A stretch of DNA of 55,213 bases, from the NCBI GenBank assembly GCA_029856155.1, contig JAHQWL010000024.1:1-55213 (forward strand), in the 5' to 3' direction. Below the pieces are notes generated by a model. It searched no databases. It was not told where the DNA came from and saw only the letters and a program-made list of their open reading frames with translations. Both the position numbers and the translations under genes were made by a program. Shown one piece after another: positions 10,974-20,324 of the stretch; positions within the stretch are counted from its first letter, which is position 1; each line of letters starts with the position of its first letter. The DNA comes from Promethearchaeia archaeon. Its GTDB lineage: Archaea > Asgardarchaeota > Lokiarchaeia > Sigyniarchaeales > SOKP01.

Positions 10974-13001
10974 ATGAATGATTTTAATATCAAAGATCCT
11001 GAAATTAAAGAATTTAATGCGATAATAATCGGATCTGGTGCTGCTGGATTAAATTGTGCGATTCATTTAGTGCAAGAAGGTATAGATACTTCAAAAATCG
11101 CAATAATCACTGAAAAATTAGGTGGTGGAACTTCATTTAATGCTGGTTCCGATAAACAGACATATTATAAAATGTCAATTTATGGAGATCAAGGTGATTC
11201 TCCTTATGAATTGGCTAAGGATCTTTATGCTGGAGGTGCCATGCATGGTGATATTGCCTTAATTGAAGCGACCAACTCAATTAGAGAATTTTTTCATTTA
11301 GTTCAATTGGGGGTTCCTTTTCCATATGATGAATATGGAGGATTTGTAGGATACAAAACTGATAATGATCCTAAACAGAGAGCAACATCAATTGGTCCCT
11401 TTACGTCTCAAAAAATGGGGAAATGCCTATTAAATACAGTTAAAGAGAAAAACATCAACATTTTTGACAAACATTATGCTATAAAAATTATTATTGATGA
11501 TAATACTAAACAACGGGAAGCTATCGGTTTAATTTGCATTAAATCTGATGAATTATCAAAAGAAAAGAATGTAAATAATCTTTTTAGTTCGCTAAGGATT
11601 TTCAAAGCAAGAAATATTATCATTGCAACTGGAGGACCTGCTATTTTATATAAAAATTCTGTATATCCTACGTCTCAAAAAGGAACAACAAATTTAGCAA
11701 TCGAGGCAGGTTGTAAACTCCAAAACCTAACAGAATCTCAATTTGGTTTAGCCTCAACTAAATTTCGTTGGAATGTTTCTGGCTCATACCAACAAGTAAT
11801 TCCTAGATACTATTCAGTTGATGCCAATAATGCTGAAATTGAATTTCTAAATGATATTTTTCCTTCTTTTACAGAGCTATCGAAAGCAATTTTTTTAAAA
11901 GGTTATCAATGGCCTTTTAATGTAGCTCTACTTGAAGGTTACGGATCTTCCTTAATTGATTTGGCAGTGTTCCATGAGAATATAACTTTAAATCGACATG
12001 TTTTCTTGGATTATACAAAAAATCCAAAAGGATTTAATTTAGCGGAACTTCACCCTATTGCAAAAGATTATTTAAGTAAATCGAACGCATTAGCCGATAT
12101 TCCAATCAAACGCTTGAGAAAATTAAATGAACAGGCAATTAAGGTATATGATAAACATAATATCGATATTACAGTAGAACCTTTAGAAATTGCAGTGTGT
12201 AATCAGCATCTAAATGGTGGAATAACATGTGATTTATGGTGGGAATCAACTACGGTTAAAAATCTTTTTGCAATTGGAGAGATTAATGGTAGCCATGGTA
12301 TTCACAGACCTGGCGGGGCAGCATTAAATGCAGGGCAAGTCGGAGGATTAAGAGTCTCACAAAAGATTGCTCATATAGATTATAGAGATCAAGTAATAGA
12401 ATCTGAGCGTTTTCAAAAATTTCTTAAATCAGAACTAATTAATTTGAAAGACCAATTTAAAATTTTATTAGAAAATGCTCCAAATGAGAATAGTATAACA
12501 CCACTTATTCTTTTAGATCAAATTCAAAATAGGATGTCAAAATATGCTACAATTATTCGTCCCTTGAAAGATTTGGAATCTGAAATTGAAATTATTCAAA
12601 AGCAAATAAATAATATTGTAGAATCAATTGTTTTAGAGCGCCAAACGGATATTATTGACTTTTATTGCGTAAAAGATGCTCTATTTACTCAATTATTCTT
12701 TTTACAAGCAATTTTAAACTATCATCTCTCAAATGGGCGAAGTAGAGGTTCTTATTTAATTTTAAGAGATAAATTGCAGGATTCTTTGTCAGAAATGCAT
12801 ATCCTACCTCCCGGGTATCTTAAAGAATATAAGTTTATTCATAACAATGTGGATTTATCAAAAAAAATCCAGACTCTTCAATGGAAGGATGGACAAATTT
12901 TCATTAAATGGGAGGATATAAGAGAGATACCTACTGATTTTGGATGGTTTGAAAACGTATGGAAAGAATTTTTAAAAAACAAAAAAGAGTATAAAAAATG
13001 A
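10974..13001 (+). CDS. FAD-binding protein, succinate dehydrogenase/fumarate reductase flavoprotein superfamily
   Basis: IIGSGAAG, TSFNAGSDKQTYYK, IIATGG, QHLNGG, NLFAIGE, HGIHRPGGAALNAGQVGG, SRGS. Confidence 0.88.
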   Translation: MNDFNIKDPEIKEFNAIIIGSGAAGLNCAIHLVQEGIDTSKIAIITEKLGGGTSFNAGSDKQTYYKMSIYGDQGDSPYELAKDLYAGGAMHGDIALIEATNSIREFFHLVQLGVPFPYDEYGGFVGYKTDNDPKQRATSIGPFTSQKMGKCLLNTVKEKNINIFDKHYAIKIIIDDNTKQREAIGLICIKSDELSKEKNVNNLFSSLRIFKARNIIIATGGPAILYKNSVYPTSQKGTTNLAIEAGCKLQNLTESQFGLASTKFRWNVSGSYQQVIPRYYSVDANNAEIEFLNDIFPSFTELSKAIFLKGYQWPFNVALLEGYGSSLIDLAVFHENITLNRHVFLDYTKNPKGFNLAELHPIAKDYLSKSNALADIPIKRLRKLNEQAIKVYDKHNIDITVEPLEIAVCNQHLNGGITCDLWWESTTVKNLFAIGEINGSHGIHRPGGAALNAGQVGGLRVSQKIAHIDYRDQVIESERFQKFLKSELINLKDQFKILLENAPNENSITPLILLDQIQNRMSKYATIIRPLKDLESEIEIIQKQINNIVESIVLERQTDIIDFYCVKDALFTQLFFLQAILNYHLSNGRSRGSYLILRDKLQDSLSEMHILPPGYLKEYKFIHNNVDLSKKIQTLQWKDGQIFIKWEDIREIPTDFGWFENVWKEFLKNKKEYKK

Positions 13002-13327
13002 AAAACTCAGAAGATTTAGGGAATATAATTTCTCTAAGCAAAATCGGGCAAAAAATTTTTGAGATAAAAGGGAAATATCACCCTAATCTAATTGCTAATT
13101 TATCTAGAGAAGCCTATGATTTGTATGTAATAAGAATGTCGATCTGTGATCAGCTTCTTGAACAATTAGATAAGAAAGGTATAACTGTTGAAAAGATAGA
13201 AGATTTTATCAAGAATAAAATGAAGGAAAGCAAAGAACAGCTAGATAAAGCAAAAGACGAGATGGAGTCTGAATTAATCCAATTAACGATTAAAGAATGG
13301 AAAGATTTTTATAAATATATGAAATAA
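12998..13327 (+). CDS. Hypothetical helical protein
   Basis: 109 aa, ATGA overlap with the upstream gene, charged helical composition. Confidence 0.7.
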   Translation: MKNSEDLGNIISLSKIGQKIFEIKGKYHPNLIANLSREAYDLYVIRMSICDQLLEQLDKKGITVEKIEDFIKNKMKESKEQLDKAKDEMESELIQLTIKEWKDFYKYMK

Positions 13328-13422
13328 TATATAGTTTCTCAAAATTAATAATTATTTACCCTAATGAAATCTTCTTCGTTATTTGTTCTCTAATAAAAAT
13401 AGGAAAAAAAGGAATATAAGAT

Positions 13423-13447
13423 GAAAAAAATATTTAATATTTTTTTC
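13423..13447. terminator. A/T inverted repeat between convergent genes (possible bidirectional terminator)
   Basis: GAAAAAAATATT-T-AATATTTTTTTC, perfect 12-bp arms giving a T7 run on each strand. Confidence 0.45.
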
Positions 13448-13469
13448 TCATTTTTGATAATTTTATGAA

Positions 13470-14294
13470 TTAACCAATTATTATAGGACCTCCACCACCG
13501 CCATTACCTGGTGGTTGTACCTCGATGGTAGCTTGAAAAAAACTTTCATCAGGAGACCCGTCGTTATTAATTGCCCAAACTCTTAAAACGTGAAATCCTT
13601 CTATTGGTGGAACTGCAACATTGTAATAAACTTCAATTGTACCATCAAGTTGATCATCGTAATATCTTACCTCTCCATCAACTGTAATATTTATTAACTT
13701 TAATCCAGATTCGAGATCCTTGATGTGAACAATCCACTCAGTAACATCTTCTGTTGTATACCCTCCTTCATATTGAACCTCTATTGTAGGTGGAGTATCA
13801 TCATCGTAAATATTTAAAGGATTTATCTCAGAGAGAATTAAATCACATTCAAAAAGAAATAATTCTTTTAAATCCTCACATATAATCCATGGGTTTTTGA
13901 AAACTCCATCTCCCCATGAGTCTGCTTCTTCATTTGTTTTCAGTCCAGTTAGTTTGGGTTTGATATCATAAAGCATCTTATTGTAAGCGTCTTCAAAGAT
14001 TTCATTATATATTAACTCTTGTACTTTTGATAATTTATATAAAACTACATCCTTTCTAATTTTCGCTGGTTTTCTCCAACATTCGTCTGGAGAATTTTGA
14101 ATTAATTCTTTAAATTCATCAATATCAGACGTAAAATTATTAGTAAAAGATTTTCCAATAGGAATTAAAGACAAAAGACCTAAACCACTTAATAAAATTA
14201 TCAAAATATAAATATTCGGCTTTTTTAGATTGTATTTTTCTATATTCATTTTGTTGAATTCACTATCACTATTGAATTTACATTTTTTTATCAT
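13470..14294 (-). CDS. Secreted/membrane-anchored hypothetical protein (helical domain + Ig-like domain)
   Basis: N-terminal hydrophobic segment (true start probably ATG 14249), helical domain DAYNKMLYDIKPKLTG...PWI, Ig-like DDTPPTI...GFHVLRVWAINN, Gly-rich tail. Confidence 0.7.
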   Translation of the reverse strand: MIKKCKFNSDSEFNKMNIEKYNLKKPNIYILIILLSGLGLLSLIPIGKSFTNNFTSDIDEFKELIQNSPDECWRKPAKIRKDVVLYKLSKVQELIYNEIFEDAYNKMLYDIKPKLTGLKTNEEADSWGDGVFKNPWIICEDLKELFLFECDLILSEINPLNIYDDDTPPTIEVQYEGGYTTEDVTEWIVHIKDLESGLKLINITVDGEVRYYDDQLDGTIEVYYNVAVPPIEGFHVLRVWAINNDGSPDESFFQATIEVQPPGNGGGGGPIIIG

Positions 14295-14487
14295 TTAGAT
14301 ATAATTGTAACATATTTTCTCTGCTTAATTTATAAATCAATAAGGACTGATTTTTTACATCACAATTCATAGTTTTTTTCATTAAATTTTAATCGATCAA
14401 TCAATCAAGATTTTAAAAAATAAACAAATGGTTTAATAACCCCTAAATACAATAAAAAAATTAGAAGAATTAAAATGAAGTGATTGA

Positions 14488-15324
14488 ATGGAAGGAAAAA
14501 TTTGTATGATTACAGGAGCTAATTCTGGTATTGGCAAAGCAACTGCTAAAGCTTTAGCAAAAATGAATGCTACTGTCGTTATGGTTTGTCACAATAAAGA
14601 ACGTGGAGAAAAAGCTAAAGAAGAAATTATCAATGAAACAGGAAATAAAAAGATTGATTTATATCTCTGTGATTTATCTTCTCAAGAGCAGATTCGGAAA
14701 CTCGTCGAAGAATATAAGAATAAATATCAGAAGTTAGATGTGTTAATAAATAATGCAGGAATTATGCTTAAAAAGCGAGTATTATCTATTGATGGAATTG
14801 AAATGAATTTTGCTGTGCATTTTCTTGCACCATTTTTATTAACTAATTTATTGCTCGATGTTTTAAAAAAGAGTGCTCCAAGTCGTATTATTAATGTTGC
14901 TTCAGCCGCTCACAAAAGAGCAAAAATTGATTTTAATGATCTTCAGAGCGAAAACAAGAAATACCGTTTATTTACAGTATATGGCATATCAAAATTGGCG
15001 GAGGTATTATTTACCTATGAATTAAGTAGGAAATTAGAAGGAACTGGAGTAAATGCTAATGCAGTTCATCCTGGAGTAGTTAATTCTAATCTTGGTCGAG
15101 ATCAATCAAAATTCAGCCAATGGTTTGCACGAAAATTTTTCAAAAGTCCGGAAGAAGGAGCTCAAACTTCAATATATTTAGCATCTTCTCCAGAAGTAGA
15201 AGGTATAACTGGGAAATACTTTGTTAATAAACAACCAAAAGAATCTTCTGAAGAATCCTATAATGAGGATTATGCTAAAAAATTATGGCATACTGCTCAG
15301 GAAATGACAAAATTAAAGGCTTAA
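14488..15324 (+). CDS. SDR oxidoreductase, retinol dehydrogenase/WWOX-like
   Basis: TGANSGIG, DLSS, NNAG, FLLTNLLLD, YGISK, HPGVV. Confidence 0.92.
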   Translation: MEGKICMITGANSGIGKATAKALAKMNATVVMVCHNKERGEKAKEEIINETGNKKIDLYLCDLSSQEQIRKLVEEYKNKYQKLDVLINNAGIMLKKRVLSIDGIEMNFAVHFLAPFLLTNLLLDVLKKSAPSRIINVASAAHKRAKIDFNDLQSENKKYRLFTVYGISKLAEVLFTYELSRKLEGTGVNANAVHPGVVNSNLGRDQSKFSQWFARKFFKSPEEGAQTSIYLASSPEVEGITGKYFVNKQPKESSEESYNEDYAKKLWHTAQEMTKLKA

Positions 15325-15475
15325 CAATTTTTTCTAAATTATTTTGTGTGTAAACAAAATATAAGTATGTAAAAAAAAACCTTTAAATACAAATTTTATC
15401 ATCTTTTGGTAAAATATATGTAATTTTTATCTTTTTGCATATTATTGATCTATTTTTAAATTAAAGGTGTGAAAT

Positions 15476-16591
15476 ATGAATGTACCCTATGTCGGCTGTG
15501 CTGTTGTAATGACACTTTCTGCTATAATTTTCACTGTAGCTTATAAAAAGAGAAGAGAACTTCTTCCTTGGTACGTAGCAATAATATTGAATGCAATAGG
15601 ATATTTTTTTGTTGCTCTAGAAATTGGTACCGGTGAGGGTCTACAAATAAGCCCAATAGCAATGATATTTTTTATGTGTGGGACTTTTGTATTAATATAT
15701 GCGGTTATTAAAGAGTATTATCAAACATTTATTAAAGTAAAATCCAAAAATAAAATGGCTCTGAAATATGCTGCTCCCGCGGCTATACTCCCTGCATCCT
15801 TTTCTTTTTATCTGATGCTTATGCTTGCAATGATTCTGTGTATAAGCATGTTAATAAGACTCTTTCTTCATAAAAAATCATTAATACATGCTTTCTTTTT
15901 GTTAGCATTGATAAATGGGTTATTCAATATTATTGTTGCAATGATTACAGAAATTGCACCATCAGATAATAGTCAAAAATTGAGTGATTTCATTGGAGCC
16001 GTTATGACAACAACTTATCTTATAATGGGTATAGTTGCGATTGTAGAAAAAAGAATTATGGATACAAATAATATTCTTACAAATGTACTAGATTCTGCTT
16101 CATCTGCTAGTATAAATACAGCAAATATAGCTACTGAATTAGCAGCAAGTGCAAGTGAAGTGAATGCGGCATCAGAAGAAATTGCATCAAGTACTCAAGA
16201 ATTGACAAATAGTTCTCAAGAAATTATGGTTTCAACTCGTGAGATTGGTGATGTCTTAGATTTAATTACAAATGTATCTGATCAAACAAATTTATTAGCA
16301 CTTAATGCAAGTATCGAAGCGGGAAGAGCAGGAGAACATGGAAGGGGATTTGCTGTTGTTGCAGATGAAGTTAGAAAACTAGCAGAAGAATCAAAAAATG
16401 CAGTAAGAGTAACGAATGAAAAAATTAATCGAATAATCAGTAAAATTAATCAAACCTTTAATAATATGGAAGGTATTAGCGCCTCTGCAGAACAACAATC
16501 AGCCTCAATGGAAGAAATATCTTCAACAGCACAGAAATTAGGAAACTTAGCAGAAACTTTAAAAGAATCATTATCAATAAAGAAAATTTAA
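15476..16591 (+). CDS. Methyl-accepting chemotaxis protein with multi-TM sensor and short signalling domain
   Basis: About 6 TM helices, then the conserved hairpin [37 protein letters not shown]. Confidence 0.93.
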   Translation: MNVPYVGCAVVMTLSAIIFTVAYKKRRELLPWYVAIILNAIGYFFVALEIGTGEGLQISPIAMIFFMCGTFVLIYAVIKEYYQTFIKVKSKNKMALKYAAPAAILPASFSFYLMLMLAMILCISMLIRLFLHKKSLIHAFFLLALINGLFNIIVAMITEIAPSDNSQKLSDFIGAVMTTTYLIMGIVAIVEKRIMDTNNILTNVLDSASSASINTANIATELAASASEVNAASEEIASSTQELTNSSQEIMVSTREIGDVLDLITNVSDQTNLLALNASIEAGRAGEHGRGFAVVADEVRKLAEESKNAVRVTNEKINRIISKINQTFNNMEGISASAEQQSASMEEISSTAQKLGNLAETLKESLSIKKI

Positions 16592-16733
16592 AATTGAACT
16601 TCTTTTTATTTTAGCTCTTTAATCTTCATATCTAATATGATTAAAGTATTAGATTAAGAATTAATTAATTCTATAATTATCTTTAATGATTAAACATTAA
16701 ATATTTCAAAAACGATAGTATTTTTGATCTAAA

Positions 16734-17324
16734 ATGTTTCATAAGATACCTGAATCTATTAAGAAGCGAATGAAATATTTAGAAGACTTCGATACCAAGG
16801 ATAGGATTGATGGAACTCCCAGAATGGAAAGACTTCGTCAAATTCCTCCAGAGACTGGAAAATTTGTATCAATTCTAGCTGTTAGTGCTCCAAAAGGAGA
16901 ATTTTTAGAAATAGGGACTAGCGCAGGATACTCAGCGCTATGGATAACTCTTGCATGTAAACTTAATGGAAATAAATTAGTAACGTTTGAGATTTTAAAG
17001 GATAAAATAAAATTAGCTCGAGAAACATTTGAAGTAACTGATTTACATGATGTTGTCGAATTAATTGAAGGTGACGCTCGAGATTATATTCCAAATTATA
17101 GAAATATATCGTTTTGTTTTTTAGATGCTGAAAAAGAAGTTTATGAAGATTGTTATGATCTTCTAATTCCAAATATGGTTAAAGGAGGAATTCTTGTTGC
17201 TGATAACGCGATTAATCATTATGAAACATTGAAACCAATGTTGGATAAAGCTTTAGCTGATGAACGAGTTGATGGTATGATTGTACCAATTGGTAAAGGA
17301 GAATTAGTTTGCAGGAAAATTTAA
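16734..17324 (+). CDS. Class I SAM-dependent O-methyltransferase
   Basis: [27 protein letters not shown]. Confidence 0.9.
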   Translation: MFHKIPESIKKRMKYLEDFDTKDRIDGTPRMERLRQIPPETGKFVSILAVSAPKGEFLEIGTSAGYSALWITLACKLNGNKLVTFEILKDKIKLARETFEVTDLHDVVELIEGDARDYIPNYRNISFCFLDAEKEVYEDCYDLLIPNMVKGGILVADNAINHYETLKPMLDKALADERVDGMIVPIGKGELVCRKI

Positions 17325-17340
17325 GGTCATACAGACTTTT

Positions 17341-18264
17341 CTAGGGAAGTTCCCATATTTTTATCGTCTGATCTGTTGCTCCACTGGCGATATACATTCC
17401 ATCAGGTGAGACTGTAACCGCAAAAATCGCACCTTTATGCCCCGTTAAAGAGCGAGTTAATTGACCTGAAGATATCTCCCATATTTTTATAGTTCTATCC
17501 ATTGAACCACTGATTAAATATTTCCCATCAGGTGTTAACGCAAGAGCATACACAGCTCCCTTATGAGCTTCAAGAGTATTAATCAATTCACCAGTAGAAA
17601 AATCCCAAATTCGAATACGCTTGTTCCATGAACCACTAATGACATATTTCATGTCAGGGGTTATCACAAGTGAATGAATATCACCCAATTTTTTAGTTTT
17701 AAATTCTTTAATGGTAGATCTAGTTGATATATCCCATATATTAATAGATTTTCTTGCCTTCACATAGGCTATATAATTACTATCTGATGAGATCACTAAT
17801 GTCCTACTTACTCCACCGGTTTTAAATTTATCAATAAGTTCCCCTGTTTCCAAATCCCATATGCTTATTCCACCATACGTACTAGATATTCCAATAACAA
17901 ATTTGCCATCGGTGGAAACATCAACTTTTAAAACAGCTCCTTTTGTTTTTGCTTCCCACACTAAGTTTCCAGATAAAAACTCCCACACTTTTATTCTAAC
18001 ATTCTCAATGCCAGAAATAATATATTGTCCGTTGGGGGAAATTGCTACATCGTTTACCCAGCTAAAAGTGCCTGTAGTTGCCTTAATTTTTCTAACTTGA
18101 CTTCCAGATGCAATATCCCATACTTCAATATAGTTTTTTGAAGCACAAACAATATAATTCCCATCAGGCGTAAATTTTAATGAACTTATTGTTCCTTGGG
18201 TACCCACATCTTCTTTTTTTCTAATTGTTCTATGATTATAACTACTTTCCATTTTTAAAATCAC
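17341..18264 (-). CDS. WD40-repeat beta-propeller protein
   Basis: About 7 repeats, e.g. AHKGAVYALALTPDGKYLISGSMDRTIKIWE and GHKGAIFAVTVSPDGMYIASGATDQTIKIWE. Probable start ATG 18252. Confidence 0.93.
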   Translation of the reverse strand: MILKMESSYNHRTIRKKEDVGTQGTISSLKFTPDGNYIVCASKNYIEVWDIASGSQVRKIKATTGTFSWVNDVAISPNGQYIISGIENVRIKVWEFLSGNLVWEAKTKGAVLKVDVSTDGKFVIGISSTYGGISIWDLETGELIDKFKTGGVSRTLVISSDSNYIAYVKARKSINIWDISTRSTIKEFKTKKLGDIHSLVITPDMKYVISGSWNKRIRIWDFSTGELINTLEAHKGAVYALALTPDGKYLISGSMDRTIKIWEISSGQLTRSLTGHKGAIFAVTVSPDGMYIASGATDQTIKIWELP

Positions 18265-18488
18265 TCATAAATTTAGATTAATATAATTAAGTGATGTAGT
18301 CTTATTTATATCTTCAAAATCTGGGATGAATATCTCATTTCGATCTATTTTGCAATGAAAGAATTATATCAAAAAGAGGGAGGGATTCCTTGGAACATAT
18401 TGGGTTTTGTATTGATTGAATAGGATGACAAAAGATCTGTAATATTTATGATCATTCATAATCTTGCTATAATTAACATTTAGAGATA

Positions 18489-18540
18489 TACTTTCGCAAT
18501 TGGAACCTATAAAGTACTTTGCGATGCAAAGCTTTAAATA
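18489..18540 (+). promoter_or_regulatory. Palindromic operator(s) abutting a TATA-like box of the membrane-protein/ABC operon
   Basis: CTTTGC-GAT-GCAAAG (18517-18531), overlapping the perfect palindrome AAAGTACTTT (18511-18520), immediately followed by TTTAAATA (18533-18540). Confidence 0.55.
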
Positions 18541-18690
18541 TTTTGTTTCATATCATTTTAATAGGACTTAAGAAAGTCCCTCTGGATAGGAGAAGATAAA
18601 TCAAATTCATAGTTTATACTCTTAGTCCAATTTAGATTGTTAAATTTAAAATATATCAATTAGTTCAATTTAGGTTTAGAAAAATAGGAA

Positions 18691-18921
18691 GTGATAAAAA
18701 ATATGGATAAGAAAATATTAATAGGGATTTTTGTTCCTGTTTTAATTACTACCACATTATTTATAATAACTTTAACAATTGGAGGAAGGGACGGGTCTGG
18801 AACCGATTCCTCATGGATCCCATTCGGGACTTTTTTTGTTGTATTTATCCTGCCAGGAATTCTACGACAACAGAAAAAAAGAAGAGAGCAAATGTTAAAG
18901 AAATATCAATTGGGGGAGTAA
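18691..18921 (+). CDS. Small 2-TM membrane protein
   Basis: Two hydrophobic segments and a basic C-tail. Probable start ATG 18703. First gene of the operon. Confidence 0.7.
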   Translation: MIKNMDKKILIGIFVPVLITTTLFIITLTIGGRDGSGTDSSWIPFGTFFVVFILPGILRQQKKRREQMLKKYQLGE

Positions 18922-18928
18922 TAAAAGG

Positions 18929-19132
18929 ATGTTCTTTAGTAAGAAAAAGGAAGTAATGCTCACAATTGGCCTATTTTCGTTGACCATCGCTATTTTATTA
19001 GACAGATTTGCTGGAGCAGGAATAATTATTGATTTTCTTTGTGGTTTATTAACAGGAATTTCATTAACGATGAATCTAGGCTATTTAATTAAATTGAGAA
19101 TAGAGAAAGATTCAGATTTTAACCAAAAATAA
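18929..19132 (+). CDS. Small 2-TM membrane protein
   Basis: 67 aa helical hairpin (IIDFLCGLLTGISLTMNLGYL), 7 bp after the previous stop. Confidence 0.7.
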   Translation: MFFSKKKEVMLTIGLFSLTIAILLDRFAGAGIIIDFLCGLLTGISLTMNLGYLIKLRIEKDSDFNQK

Positions 19133-19145
19133 GGAATAAGAAAAA

Positions 19146-19424
19146 ATGAAAGTTTTGAATACTACTGAGAGAGGATTAATTGCTGCAATGGTCATTTCGG
19201 ATATTTCTAGCATTCTATTACTTATATATAATTTTTATACAACTCCAGATCAACGGGACATGATTCCAATATTCCTTATACTTATGCCTGCAATTTATTA
19301 TGAAACTAAAAAACAGTTAAAAGCAGAAGAAGATAAAGATTTTCAATATAAAAAAGTATTATGGGTATTACTTTCATGCTTGATAATAACTGAGAGCATG
19401 AATTTAATTCTTTACATATTATAA
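19146..19424 (+). CDS. Small 3-TM membrane protein
   Basis: 92 aa, three hydrophobic segments, operonic spacing. Confidence 0.65.
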   Translation: MKVLNTTERGLIAAMVISDISSILLLIYNFYTTPDQRDMIPIFLILMPAIYYETKKQLKAEEDKDFQYKKVLWVLLSCLIITESMNLILYIL

Positions 19425-19483
19425 CTTCAAATTTAAAAAAAACACACAAAATTTAAAAAAAATTAAAAAAAGAGGTACAAAAT

Positions 19484-20317
19484 ATGAGTAAAACATATGC
19501 AATAAGAACCCAAAACCTTACCAAGAATTTTGGTGATCTTCTTGCGGTCAATGAAATAGATTTAACAATTCCTTATGGAAAAACATATGGTTTATTAGGG
19601 CCGAATGGAGCAGGGAAGACTACAACTGTAAGGATGCTCAATGCTATTATATCGAAAACCTCAGGAAATGCATTAGTCGGAGGGTATGATATCGTATCCG
19701 AAAGTCAGAAAGTTAAAATGATTTGCGGCTTTTTACCAGAATCTCCCGGGTTATATTCTAAACTTACTGCCAAAGAATTCTTAGAATTTATTGGAGAATT
19801 ATATTATTTACCAAAAGATGTAATTTCCAATCGAATCAATGAATTAATAGAGTTATTTAATTTGGAAGGGCGAGAAAATGATCTTTTGGAAGGTTATTCA
19901 AGAGGAATGAAACAGAAAGTTTGTTTATGTGCTGCTTTGATTCAAGATCCTGAAATAATATTTTTAGATGAGCCCACATCAAACTTAGATCCTGCTGCAG
20001 CTAGAATGGTAAAAGATTTAATCTCTCAATTAGCAAAGAAAGCAGATAAGACAATATTTATCTGTACTCATCTTCTTGATACTGCTGAAGAATTATGCGA
20101 TATAATTGGGATTATTATTGATGGTGAAATAAAAATTGAAGGTACACCAAAAGAAATAATTGAATCTTATGGAGCAAAGGACTTAGAAGATGCATACTTA
20201 AAAATTACGGGAGCATCTCATATAGATGATTTACTTGGCTGGCGAGAGGAGAATCCTAATAATAACCATGTTGAAAGTAAAAAAAACAAGAAAAAGAAAA
20301 ATAAAAAATTGAGGTAG
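19484..20317 (+). CDS. ABC transporter ATP-binding protein (ABC-2/multidrug type)
   Basis: Walker A GPNGAGKT, signature YSRGMKQK, Walker B IIFLDEP, H-loop CTH. Confidence 0.95.
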   Translation: MSKTYAIRTQNLTKNFGDLLAVNEIDLTIPYGKTYGLLGPNGAGKTTTVRMLNAIISKTSGNALVGGYDIVSESQKVKMICGFLPESPGLYSKLTAKEFLEFIGELYYLPKDVISNRINELIELFNLEGRENDLLEGYSRGMKQKVCLCAALIQDPEIIFLDEPTSNLDPAAARMVKDLISQLAKKADKTIFICTHLLDTAEELCDIIGIIIDGEIKIEGTPKEIIESYGAKDLEDAYLKITGASHIDDLLGWREENPNNNHVESKKNKKKKNKKLR

Positions 20318-20324
20318 ATTTCAC

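Noticed and set aside
10974-13001. Calling the FAD protein sdhA/frdA/nadB
   Set aside because: It lacks the covalent-FAD His motif and adjacent Fe-S or membrane subunits, and the SDKQTYYK motif marks a different subfamily.
18310-18423. Short open frame (...WDEYLISIYFAMKELYQKEGGIPWNILGFVLIE*) in the large intergenic region
   Set aside because: Only 22 codons from the ATG, with no SD or recognisable homology; it may be a gene remnant but cannot be supported.
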